NCBI GenBank assembly: GCA_003344405.1
Contig: NOWV01000187.1
Coordinates: 1-64,000 of the forward strand
Source: Trichoplax sp. H2
Taxonomy: Eukaryota
Length of the DNA: 64,000 nt
Reading direction: 5' to 3'
Made by a program: the position numbers and the translations under genes. The notes under the pieces are model-generated. The model was given only the letters and a program-made list of their open reading frames with translations, ran no database searches and had not been told where the DNA came from. Positions 36,101 to 49,063 of this stretch are shown here, in pieces; the first letter of the stretch is position 1; each line of letters begins with the position of its first letter.

Positions 36101-39100
36101 TTGGAATTATTATTTCTACGTAGGTTTGAACCAGATTTCTCTATATCAGTGATAGAAAGAACATTACGTATTCATACTAGTGACGACGGAATAAGAGAAT
36201 TTAATCTTATTGCTATATTACCTCATTACCTATTACCAAACTGTTCGTCCTTGCGGATTACACCATCCTGGATAAACTGGACCAGCAAAATTGCCTGGCT
36301 AATTATGACTGGAATATTAATTTTTATTGTTGGTTTGGCGATGTCCAAATCGAAAAATATTTCAAGACAAATTCTTCCGTTGATTTGTGATGATAAAGCA
36401 AATGGGAACGTAGCTCACTATTCACCCAGTACCGATGTATTCGACTTGAAAGCTTTAATCAATACAAAGCAATTGTTTGAAAATGCTGAAAATTTGTTAG
36501 ATGAGTAAGAAAATTACTTTTATTAAGGAATTAATGAAATTATCTTAATTAGAATAAATTGTACGAAATATTAGAATATTTGCGATATAATCTTCATATT
36601 TATAATCACTTAAGCTAATGTTGTATCACATATTTGTCATACATAGTGATGAAGAAGGCAGCGAGCGCAGTAACAATTCGATTATAGATGAAATAGATGC
36701 CGACATGTCTTCTCATGATTCTGGCATTACTGATGCATACGGTGAAGATAATGAAGATAAAATGTTTGGTGATGAAACTAGTAATGATAATGCTAAGAAC
36801 GATGTACCATGGAGAATGCACTATACTTCCAATGATAACGAAGAAAAGAATACAGCCCTCCGCAAGGATTCTGTTGGAGAGATTGATAACGCTGACGTTT
36901 GGAAAACTTCTAACTCAAAACTTGATAAAGAAATAAATTGTGAAACCTCCGATCAGTTAGTACAAATTACGAGAGCTAAATCTAGGCATGATTTAGATTC
37001 TTCCTTGGTTACTGCGGCAACTGCACAATCTAGTTTACCTGAAGCAACGGATAGTAAAAAATATCTGGACAAGGCTGATAACAAGGCTGATCAGCAATGT
37101 GGCACCAATAAAATTCCGTGGAACACTAGCAGCGTCGTTGCACATACTACACAGGAACATAAAACTCAAAAGTCGAAATTACTTAAAAAGAATAAGAAAT
37201 CAGCTGTAAAAAAGGATGCTAGCCATCAACAAAAAGGCAAGAATAATCATTCTATCGAAGCTATGGGAAAGCAAGAAACAACAATTTCAACCGCAATTGA
37301 ATCTAGCAGTAAAATAAATAAGGATAGACAGAAATCGTTACAGCAACCGTTTAGTACGGCTAAGGACACTGATAATAGCAAAGCTATACAAGCGGTTGCA
37401 GAATCGCCATCCTCTTCGTCATCTCACCCTATCGGTAGCAATCCGAATGTTGATAAAAGTGCTAGTACGCACTTTAATAAGGATATCGATAATCCTCCCA
37501 ATAAAGCCAATACTAAGAAATCAAAGATGACTACTCAGCATCAAAGTAAACCCGTGTACAATAATAAGGCTAACAGTAATAAATCGATCAATATCGAAAA
37601 GCAATCTGTCAATCGTGACGGAAAGCAGACAAAGAAAGGGCCAGCATCGCATGCAGATCCAAGTAATAGTGTACTTACTAACAAAAAGATGAGTCAAGAA
37701 TTGAAACAGAAACATGCCAATACTAATATACAAGAATCATCCATTTCTCCTTCAAACAATATGCAATCGAAAGCGATTACGACCGCATCAAGCTCATCTT
37801 TTAATAATTCAACAGAATCGTATGCGCAGTCATTCTCACGAGAACGCCATGATGATTCTAGTAATCGAAAGTCAGATATTACACATAATGAGTTCTATTT
37901 ATCATCTGTAGGAAATTTGGGTAAGCATAGCAGCAATTTCCTAGAGCAGCTTTTGATATACTTTCTTTTGCTATTTAGTTTAGATTTAAAGTTTATGGGA
38001 AGAACATTTAAATTAGTATTACTAATATGACTGCAATCTATATAGGATCAACCTCTCCTGATGATGCTAGACATGCTGGTAACGATGGCCACCGATATAA
38101 TAATGACGACGTGGGTATTAGTGGGAAATCCATAAGTTACCGGCCTTCGTCAATTCCATCCAGATATTCGGCGTTTACAAGCTATCGACCACATAGTGCA
38201 TCTCCGCATTATGCTTCCAGGGAAGCTTTGCAAAAAGTGCCACAAAACATTTCTACTGAAAATCAAGTGGATAATTATGCTGGCCATTGGAATACTCCAT
38301 TAGTGCCATCTTTTGATCAATCTAGCCCACCTAGATTAAGTGTAAATGAGAATACGAGTATAAATAACCAACCAGTAAATTGGAATTCGATTAATCACGG
38401 TGCACCACCAATGCTGTCAACATTACCACATTCGATGGGGGCATCACTGCAATATTATGATAAAGCTATTATCGATGTCCAATGTAGTGCAGCCCCTCCT
38501 ACTACATTAACTTCGCGGTCAGACTATGAACATCCACCTCAGAGATTATCAGCTGGAGTAGCTATCCAGCCTAGAAGTAACTGGCGAAGTCATGATTCGC
38601 ACCGGTATCAAAATTGGTCCGCAGATGCTGGAGATGATTACTCTGCTGTTTCAGATGATCGCTATGGATCTTGGCCTAATTCGAACCGATCACCAAGTTA
38701 CCCTAATAATGTCGCTCCCTATGTTGTGAGTTGGTTTCATATAAACGCAGAATGTTTGATACAGGATTGTGTTGCACCCTGTTGTAAAAAATATGCTATT
38801 CAAAGTCAACTTTTATTTTAATTCGTTATAGAATAATTACCAGTATTATGCACCTCCGGCTAGCCAACATGATAATAATTGGCCCAATGTCAACGAAAGG
38901 CAACTACAGCAGTCTGAGGTAAGCTAAAGTGTAGAAGGTCTAACATGATTTTATACTCTTGTATCTTTGTAGATAGCATTTCTTTACTATTCCATGAATA
39001 ATTCATTGATTTAAATCGGTAAAGCATTGAAGAGAGACTAATCAATCTACTATAGGAGGATACCTCATCATCTTGGGCTGCGTCATTTATGGAAGATTTA

Positions 39101-39214
39101 AATAAAGATGATAGCACAAGTTCTAGTGGTGAGAAATCAATCGTCGATTATAATCCTCTGAATTACTTTGGAAATAGCATTTGGGCACCTAAGGATGACA
39201 AGAGTTTATTTTAA
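30115..39214 (+). CDS. TMEM131: Transmembrane protein 131 (multi-exon; 5' exon(s) not resolved)
   Basis: Spliced exons give LRPKYLDFGRRPVG, VTGIGIANPFKLPLFFAAKLPLNASYSPLIKVFNPYDTTLQ, ISEVFSSSGEIHLEFP, VQASLMWPSI, NPSDQNIIVQAVL, LLIRNNLT, MENSGKLPI...INGFECSGYGFEIKNC and FEPDFSISVIERTL, all TMEM131 hallmarks. A TM helix lies near 36290-36345, followed by a long low-complexity tail and a C-terminal YNP...IWAP motif. Stop at 39212-39214. Confidence 0.92.
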
Positions 39215-41349
39215 CGAATATATCGTAATTTAATTGAAATTTTTTTTGTTTATTTCATGTAATTACATCGAATTTAAAGTCGATCACTATACTTTTTCTA
39301 TTCCTTTCATATTCTCTGAATAAAACGAACGAATATCAACCTATTTATTAGTCGTTTGCATGTGTAACTATTGCTGCCTTTATTTTCATCTGCAGTGTTT
39401 TTTTTCTATTTGATATGCTCAATATTCTTCTATTGACTGTATATTAATTCAGCTTTGTATTTTCAATGCTATGTATGGTATCATGTATAGAGAGAATGTT
39501 TCTGATATCTAATTGAATCGATCACATCATCTAGAAACGCTCTTTATCTGTTTACTCTACAAATATTAATATAATTCAACTTCTACTGTACTTGGATCTG
39601 CGTAAGAATAACGATTGCGAAGAAATCGTATTGGCATAAGCATTGCTTGTTAAGATCTATTTTTGAAAAAATTGTTAAGTCTTAAAGTAATCACATCATC
39701 ACATTTGGTTATAGCTTAACTCATACCTATAACTGCAAAGGAATACTGTAGGCTTGACGTTACTGGATTGAATTGAATGGTACGGTAGCTGTTATGACCG
39801 TATAGAGAAATAATACTGTACTGGTATAACAAAGTTGTGCTATATTTGATAGTGAGAACCTACCGCTGTAAACGTTCATTTTACCGTTATTATTTTATAT
39901 TATTTATTAGCTTTTGATCAATCTATTTAAATTGATGTCACAAATTTATCACTAAGATACGGGTTAAGATCAATCGTTGCATCAGTTAACGATGTCGATT
40001 CAATTTTTTCATATTATCATGCGATTGAAAAAATTGTGCTAGATTACACCATATTTCTATTTTTTTTGTTTTCATTGTGTGCAATACATAATGAAACTTT
40101 GTTGTTAATTATTTTGGGGGCCTGTTATATTAATGAAAGGCAAAATAAATAACTGAATAAAGAGCTTTAGCTTTCGTTATATAGGCGCCGACTTTTTCAT
40201 ATTTTAAAAGGTAAAACTATGAATATGGTGTTTGATAAATCATGATATTGACCAACTCTATCAAGGCAATATTATCACACTATGGATAAGATACAGGTCT
40301 TGAAATAGAGTAGGCCAAGACGGGTTGAAAGAAATATTTCCATTTCAATTGGAGGTATTGGATAGAATCAGATTATGATTAGTTCAGTTATTAACATTGT
40401 GAGGCCCAGCCAGAGGATATTATAATACAGCATCGTTCCTATCAGAAAAGAAAATGGTGAAAAACACCAGACTTAATCTGATCATTCATTTGCTAATTGC
40501 TTAATTTATCATTAATCACTTACTACAGTCAAAATAGTTGATCTGGTCGAGACTATCATCAACATATGATGTAAATATCACGTCTGCATCAATAATTTAA
40601 ACTTGACCTACTGCTACTAAAATAACAAATTTGAGGTTTTTCCACTTTTATGGCATCTATCTTGCGTTTTAACACTAAATCGTAATTGTATCTGTTTTAC
40701 AACATCCATCTCTTGGAAAGCATTTGTTCATGTAGCCTATTTTAGTTAAATAAACATACGAGTAATTTACTTTTTGTATTCTCATTCTCGGCTCTTTTAA
40801 TTTTAAATATCAGTTGCATATTTACGATACCAGTGGCTGCTTGCTAATTAGGAAAATATCTTTCAATGTTGTCAATATGTCTCCGCGTATTTATTAAGGA
40901 AGTAATGGGAGCTACTTCTCCATTTTCTACGTGTCTTCTACGTGTCTTATGAAGTTGTCGTTGTATATTAAACATTACGGATGATAGTCATTTAAATACC
41001 ACGTTGTCTCTTGATTTACATGTACGCAGCCGTTTTATTAATAAAAGTTATAGCATTCATTGCTTTAATTTACATTTGTAGTTATTCAGTATTGTCTACT
41101 TCCCTCATTTCTTTTTCATACTTTATGATTAATAAATAGCTACACCTTAACTGTAATAAGGACTAAAATAGAGCCTCTTCAATTGGTTAAATAGACTAAT
41201 GTTGTCAATACACGGTTTATTCACACTTCTTGAGATAAATGAAATATCAGCATGCATTGCTTCTATATTCTTTCCCATTTTTTATTCCATCGGTTATCAA
41301 TTCCAAAAGTTTCTTCATATTCCTTCACCACAGTAAAAGATTACCCTAT

Positions 41350-42195
41350 CCTTTCTTTGTTTCATTTTTCACCCTTCCCAATTATCCAACAGATAAATAT
41401 CTAATATTGGTGGACTCATTTAATTCATCCACTAGTCTATATTCAAATCATGAACCGGGAAATATTACCCTGTATTTCCTATATTTCTTTTTTCATCCTT
41501 CTCTATCACCTTATAGCTAGGTAATGAATAAAGATAGCATTACCTAATATTGATGGAGTCTTTCACTTCATCAACGAGCCGGTATTCAAATCATAAATTA
41601 GGAAATATATACCCTGTATTTCCTATATTTCTTTTTTCAGCCTTACCGATCGTCTAATAGTGAAATATCTAATAAAGATAACATTACCTAATGTTGATGA
41701 ACTCATTTAGTTTAGTGTATCTTCTAATCTATATTCATATCATAAACTAGAAAATACTAACCTGTATTTCTTTTTATCCTTTTTTCACCCTTCCCAATCA
41801 TCTAATAGCGAAATATCTAATGAAGATAATATTACCAAATCCTGATGAACTCATTGAATTCATCAACTAGTCTGTATTTAAAACATGAACAAGGAAATAC
41901 TGTCTTGTATTTCCTTTCTTTGCTTTTTTATCCTACACGATCATCTGATAGCTAAATATCTAATAAAGATAACATTGCCTAATATTGATGGAGTCTTTCA
42001 GTTCGTCATCGAGCCGATCGATATTCAAATCATGAATTAGGAAATATTACCCTGTAGTTCTTATTCTTTTCACCTTTCGTGATCATCCAACCGCTAGATG
42101 TCTAATAAAGATAGCTCTACTGGTACCTTCAGTATTAATGAACTCTTTTATTTCATCCACTAGCTTTATATTCAAATAAATAAATTAGGCCCTTT
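41350..42195. repeat. Degenerate tandem repeat, about 145-bp unit, about 6 copies
   Basis: TATTCAAATCATrAA...GGAAATA...CCTGTATTTC recurs at about 41440, 41584, 41732, 41876, 42022 and 42168. Confidence 0.85.
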
Positions 42196-43054
42196 TCCTA
42201 TTCTTCTTTTCCCATCATCAATCCATAGGCATACGAATAGAATAGCATACCTATCCCATGCTAAAATACTCTTTCCATTATTTCTGTAAAATATAAAGGC
42301 ATCGATGTCTTTATTCTAGACTCTAATTATTCAATTGCTGCATTTCCGATGATCAAAATATCCTTAACATAGCATTTATAACGTACAGTTAAGATGGTAA
42401 TTTCCCATTTCTCTACTATTTCATGATCGAATAACTGTATGTATCCCTCGACTCGCTTTGTCTCTGGAATTACCAAAATAAGGATAAAGAGTCTTCATCC
42501 GAAAGACAAGCAAGAGAACATCATCGTTTGACTATCTTCCTACCTGCGCCATTCGATCTCTCTCGTAGCCTTAATATAGCTTGAAAAATAAATGATCTTG
42601 ACTAAATAAATACCCAAGGTGTTGTTCCATTCCTGCCGACTGAATAGGATATATAAAATTAGCACTCAATTTGATCATTTATTGAGTGAGACGTTGGAAG
42701 GTAGTGGAGTAGCCAGTAGATTTCCCATCAAGCAGACATCAACAATAGCCAAGAAGCGCAATAATTTAAATTTTCAAACAATACTAACCTAGGTAGGCAA
42801 AGGGTATATGGCGGAATCAAAAAGGAATAAGAAGAATAATAGGAATCAATCCAATCGATGGCTCTTTGTCCTTTAGCAGTATTTTGTTATTGATCAACGG
42901 CAACAAACAAAGTAAACAAACCATTTCCTACAAGGCCTCAATCCATTTTGAATATTAACGGTATTGAATGAAAAATCAGCAAATCGCCAGACTGAGAGGC
43001 ATGAAAAAAGAGTCCTCCGCCAACTTGCTGTCGACCCATTTCTTGTCGGAAAAA

Positions 43055-46000
43055 ATGGCCGATATGCCTACCAATAATATCATGGATAAATATATCAATC
43101 TACCAACATTTATCTGTAAAAAAAATGAACAACATGGCGTTAAAGGAGACTACTTTAAATGTCGTATTAAAGCCAAATTGCATCAGGATAACGAAGACTA
43201 TTTTCAACTCTCTAATGATAAAGGCGACATTTTACTCATTAAAGCCGCCGTCGTCATGCAATATTTAACGGATGGTGGTTGGCGAAATAATCTCATCGAC
43301 GAAATTGGCCCAGGTAAGTAGAACAGCTATTAAATTCTTCACTTTTAGCCATTTGATGGCCGTTTTTCCTGATGTAAAGGATTTTCATGCTGATTCTTGC
43401 ACATGAATCTCTACTTTCGTTTTGTTGGAATATCATCATCAACAAATTGAAATCGACGTCCATTATCGTTTCCATGAGCAATTACGATGTTGACTTGGAT
43501 TTTGTTATCCAATAAAACTGATCATTTATGATTGATTTCTCATGGAGTTTACTTTAAAGGAGTAGACTAGATAGGATATGATCGTCTACCTTTCATTTTA
43601 TTTAAAGCGAATTAATTATCTGCAATGGCAGTATCGATCTAAATATATTCATCCTGTCCGTGGATAATGACGAGATTCGTTACAATTCATTCTCTAAATG
43701 GAAATTCCACTTTTTTTTTATCTATTTCCAGTATATTGATTCCTTGTTATCGTAATTGTAAAGATAATTCTTAGCCACGACATCATCTTCACCAATAAAT
43801 TTCATTTTTATCATACCGTTATAACTAGTGGAAATTCATATAAACCATCCTATCCATATAGGATTGCGTTATCCGCTTCCATGTTTATTCTCCAAAAGTA
43901 TTTCCATTTTATTATTCGTTTCTAGTTAATTGATTTCTTGTTTGTAGTAACTCTAAGGTGGACCCTTAAAGAAGACATTTTCTTGTCCATTAATTTTATT
44001 TTAACGTGATTATCGAGTGGTTTAAATCCATGGCCTACTTGATGAGTGATGACGATATCTGCTTCCAAATTAGTTTCAAAATGAAATTTTTGCGTTGATT
44101 GATTTTACCCATTCTAGATGATTGATTTCTTGTTTGTGGTAGCTCTAAAGTACATTCTTGAAAATGATATGGCGTTGTACATTAATTAAATCTTAATATG
44201 ATTATCAAGTAGTTTAAATTGATATCCACCATCATGTTAATGAGTGATGGCGATATTCACTTACAATCTTTTCTCGAAACAGTAAGTCTATTTTGGCTTT
44301 ATCTATTCCAGTGGATTGATTCCTTATTGTGGTAACTTCAAAGCAGATTCTTGGACATGACATGATCTTCTACACTAATTTCATCTTAACGTAATAATCG
44401 AGTAGTTTTAATTGTATCTTAGTCGTCATGTCAATGGATGATGGCAATGTTCGCTTACAATTTATTCTCGGTAACGGTAGGAACCCCATTTATCTATATT
44501 CTGAGGATTAATTCCTTTTTGTAGTAAGTCTAAAGTAAGTTTTCGGATACTACATGATCTTCTACACCCATTTCATTTGAATGTAAATATCAAGTAGTTT
44601 AAACCTAGATCAATCATCATTATTTCAATGAATGATGGCAATATTCGCCTACAGCTTATTCTCAACAACTGTAAGAATTTTTTCTGTCTACTTTAAGAGG
44701 ATTAATTCCTTATTGTAGCAACTTTAACATCGATTCTTGGACACAGCATCTTTTACACTCATTTCATTAGAACGTGATTATCAAGTAGTTTAAGTCTATA
44801 TCAATCATTATGTCAATTCATAATGATAATATCGCCTATAATTTGTTCTCAGTAACAGTAGGAATCCGTTTTATCTATTTCCAGTGGATTAATTCCTTGT
44901 TGTACCAACTCCAACGTAGATTCTCAGACACGCCATAATCTATACTAATTAAATTTTAGCATGATTATCAAGTAATTGAAATAGACATCAATCATCAAAG
45001 CATGATAGTAATATTTGCCTAAAATTTATTCTCAATAACTGTAGTTATTCTGCTGTATTCTGTTCGTGGAGATTTAATTTCTTGCTATGATAACTCTAAA
45101 GTAGACTTTTTATGCACAACGTCAGCTTGTATAATTTAGTTTACTTTGACGTGATTGTAAGCCAGTCTAAAATCTATATACCAGTAAATCACCATGTTGA
45201 TGACGATATTCGCTTTTAATTTATTCTCAATATAGAATTTCTGCTTTATCCATTTCTAGTAGATTTATGCTCGGTTGTTCTAGCTGTAACATGGGACACA
45301 ATATTAACTTCTGTAATTGAATTCATATGAGACACGATTGCTCACTAGTCTAAATAAACATCAACTTGTCCATGGATGACTATAATATTCCCTTTTATTT
45401 TATCCCCATATTTATAATCTAGTTCTAGTCGATTGATTCCTTGCTATCATCATTTTAAAGTAGTCTATCTTAGTAGAAACGACATTATCCTCTACATAAA
45501 CAGCATTGTAATGTCATTATCATCGAATTGAAATCATCTAATGTCATCATATCGATGAGCGATTGCGATATTTGCTTACATTCTATTCGCAGTAGTGATT
45601 CCTTTTGCGTGATCCATTTATAGTAGATGGATTCTTTGTTGGTATAACTTTTATTTAGACTATTGAGACGATATTGGTCTTTACCATCATTCTATTTAAC
45701 GTGATTAACAACCCATTGAAATCCATCTAACATCATCGAATGATATTCGTGTTCATGATCGTTGATGATATTAGCTCAGATTTGATACTTAAGTAATCAC
45801 AACTTGGTCTAATTTTATCCAATTTCTAATCGATAAACTCCTTATTGCCGTACTTCTAACATAAATTATTAAAAATTATGTTAGCTTCTACCATCATTCT
45901 ATTTTAAAGCAATCAACAAATATTTGAAATCCAAATATATCATCATCATATCGATGATCGATCACGATATTAGCTCACATCTTATTCTCAATTCATTACG

Positions 46001-47867
46001 GTTTGGTTTTTAATTTACTCATTACTAGTTGATGGATTTCTAGCTGTTATAACTCGAACTTCCTTTATTGGACACGATATTAGTCTCTCCCTTCAGTATT
46101 TTTTAGCATGATTATGAGCTATTTGAGATGCTTATATAACTCGTCGTATCCATGATCGATCACAATATTGGCTCCCATCTTATTCTCAAATAATAATAAT
46201 TTTGCTTATTATATTATCTATTTCTAATAGATGGATTCATTATCGTTCTAACTCCAATACAGATTATCGAATACAATATTACACTCCACTATCATCCTTG
46301 CCTATTTCAAAATGATGAAAAACCAACTTTAACCCATATATAACGTCGTTTTACCCACAACCGGTTACAATATTGACTCCCATTTCATTCTCAAACAGCA
46401 ATTTTATTTTGATTACCTAATTTTACGATGGTTGATTGACTTCTTGTCGTGATAACTCTCAAATGAATACCATCGGACGAGATAGTATCGTCTACTGTCA
46501 CTTTATTTTAACCTAATGATTAACAAACTTAAATGCTTAAAAACATTACATCCATGTGTGTTTATGATATTGCTTTATATTTCCTTCTCAAATAACAGTT
46601 CTGCTTTTATTGTCCATTTCTAGTCCATTAATTCGCTATCGTGATAATTCGTCCGTAGTCGATCTTGGATAAAACTTTAGCCTACATATTAATTTTATTT
46701 TAGCATTATTAAAAATAGGGTTAAATCCTATACTAGTACAATAGATCATTCTATCAATGGGTAATTGGGCTATTTACTAGATTTTCACATTTAAAATACC
46801 GGCAATATTCTGAGTTTTATCCGGTCCTCCTGAAATAAGAAAAGATTTTTCGCATAGAAATGACTACAAAGTAGATTTGAGGACTCCTAGTGATATGAAT
46901 TCCTAATTAGAACCATTCTAAAGTACGCGAAATGTAATGAATTCTTGTATTAAATTGTCATGTAACAACATTTATATAAAGAATTGTAGCTTTATAAAAA
47001 TCTACCAATATCATGGAATCAACGGTAGTCACCATTTCCGCTTGACTTTCATTCTCAAATTTCAATTTTTTCATTACCTTCCTACTCTATCCATGATTTA
47101 AAATCTACAGGAAATAAGTTTAATTACCTTATTAGATTTGAAATAGCATTTATCCAATATGACTACGTAAAATAACGTTTTGTATTTACACCCACTTTTA
47201 TTTTTAGCGTGATTATACACTAGTTTAAATCTGTACAAGTGATCGTTTCAATAAATGATCAGGATATCGGTTTGTTTTCCAGTTTTATTACCATTTCAGC
47301 ACTTGTTAGCTACTTATTATATCACTTACTGCACCTTAACATTATCATTTAAAGGAGATTCTCAAAATATTCATCGTCATTATTGATTAATACTATTGAT
47401 CAATTATCATTTCTGATTTAGATTGCCTTATCACTAGTCCTATTGGCAGTACAGAAGGCATGGAATTTGCTCATATTGGTAGCGCAGTTAATCCAATTCG
47501 CTATGTGACATTTGGCTTCTCATTTACCCTCGGCGATATGTGCTATGTCCAAATTCAATTTCAAGACAAAACTGTCAAAAGCAGCGGCACCAAAACACCA
47601 TGCGATCGAATTAAATCCATCAAATTAACGCCTAATGAAAAGATTACAAGTGCTTATATCCAGATCAGTCAGGAGCACAATCCTTGCTATCATTTAGTCC
47701 AAGGAATTAGGATTGAAACATCGCTAGGCCAGCAATTATCCTTTGGTAAAATTGAAAATAAACAAACTAAACATTGGCTTGATATTGGTAGTGGTTTATT
47801 AGTGGGGGTTATTGGCCGCTATTCATTTTATATCCATTCTTTAGGGCTCATCTTCACCAAGCCTTAA
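43055..47867 (+). CDS. Predicted two-exon gene: 86-aa unknown N-terminal domain + jacalin-like lectin (exons 43055-43313 and 47422-47867, about 234 aa)
   Basis: AAAATGG start, perfect donor CAG|GTAAGT at 43313 (phase 1), acceptor TTTAG|AT at 47421 (phase 1). Exon 2 has the jacalin beta-prism pattern G..EG..F, LTPNEKIT, GIRIETSLG, LVGVIGR...IHSLGLIF. The jacalin call is stronger (about 0.8) than the exon linkage. Confidence 0.6.
43500..47290. repeat. Degenerate satellite, about 190-200-bp unit, about 17-19 copies
   Basis: GATTrATTyCTTG...TAACTCTAAAG and GATGAyGATATT...TTATTCTC recur at about 43531, 43736, 43929, 44121, 44315, 44507, 44701, 44888, 45072, 45432, 46032, 46231, 46435 and 46627. 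Confidence 0.85.
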
Positions 47868-47899
47868 GATAATGTCTTATTAGCTTCATAATCTAAGCT

Positions 47900-48930
47900 G
47901 TAATCAAATCATGATTTCTTCTCTATGCCAATGGTAGCTCTAAAGAGATACTATGAAGTCACGATGAACAGGATTGCAATGCTTTTTCAATATTTCTGCA
48001 ATTTAATATCAAGATCATCATTTCTCATCGATATCAACGAATCTCTAATTGAGCTGCTTGGATTAAGCCATGATTTTCCTCAAAATATACTATCAAGCCA
48101 CAATTAATAGGATCGTCATCAGCATTTCTATAATTTTAATGTCATTTCTTATCAGTGTCTACGAACGTCTAATTTAGCTACACGGATAAAATGACACCAT
48201 CTAGTTACGGTAAATATAATCATTTTTGGACATTTCTAAAACCTAATATCAAGATCATCATTTCCTATGGATATCAATAAATTTCGAGCTACTTGAATCA
48301 AGCAATGACAGTAGTTTAAATATTAACATCCAAGTCATGCTTGATATGATCATTACAACATTTCTATAACTTAATATCAAGATCATCATTTCATATCGAC
48401 ATTAAGAAATGTCTAATTTAATTTTAATGTCTACATGGATCAAGTTATAGTTGTTATTTCGGTCAATATGATCATTTCAGAAAAATAACATCGAGATGAT
48501 CGTTTTTCATCAATATTAACGAATCCAATTAAGCTGCATGGATCAAGCGACGATAGTTCTGAAAACATACCATCTAGTCATGATTAATATGATCATTTAT
48601 CAACATTTCTACGATATATATCAAGATCATCATTTACCATTGATATCGATGAATCTCTAAGTTTAGCTACGTGGATCAAGGTATGATTTGTTATCAAATC
48701 ATAGGTAGCTTTGACCCATTTTTTCGACATTTTTACAATCTTATAATTAGATCATCGTTTCTTATCGATATCAACGCCTCTAATTTAGCGATATCGATCA
48801 AACAATGATGTTCCTTAAGCTATTCATGTAGCGATATACATGATCAAGATTTTAGTATTTTGACATTTGATAAACGAAAATATCAAGAACTTCCAATCGG
48901 CGTATAATTACACTCGTAGATCAAGCCATG
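47900..48930. repeat. Degenerate tandem repeat, about 123-bp unit, about 8 copies
   Basis: ATCAAGATCATCATTT...GATATCAA...CTAATT.AGCT...GATCAAG at about 48008, 48248, 48375, 48490, 48620 and 48746. Confidence 0.85.
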
Positions 48931-49063
48931 GCCTCAGTGGGTAGTAATTTCTTATCCTTCTCATCAGGGTTGTGGTGTGTTTAATATTGGTATTTTCCTT
49001 GTTAAATGAAAGCAAATTAGCTATCCAAGGGAGTACTAAAACCTGGCCCATTTGTACTACCCA

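Noticed and set aside
36615-37911. Antisense and alternate-frame ORFs over TMEM131, Helitron and formin exons
   Set aside because: Shadow ORFs of real coding sequence.
36618-38821. The 470-aa and 264-aa ORFs as separate genes
   Set aside because: They are large low-complexity exons of the TMEM131 cytoplasmic tail, bounded by splice sites.
41239-41520. 93-aa hydrophobic ORF (also 47925-48107)
   Set aside because: Chance ORFs running through satellite monomers; the other monomers are closed.
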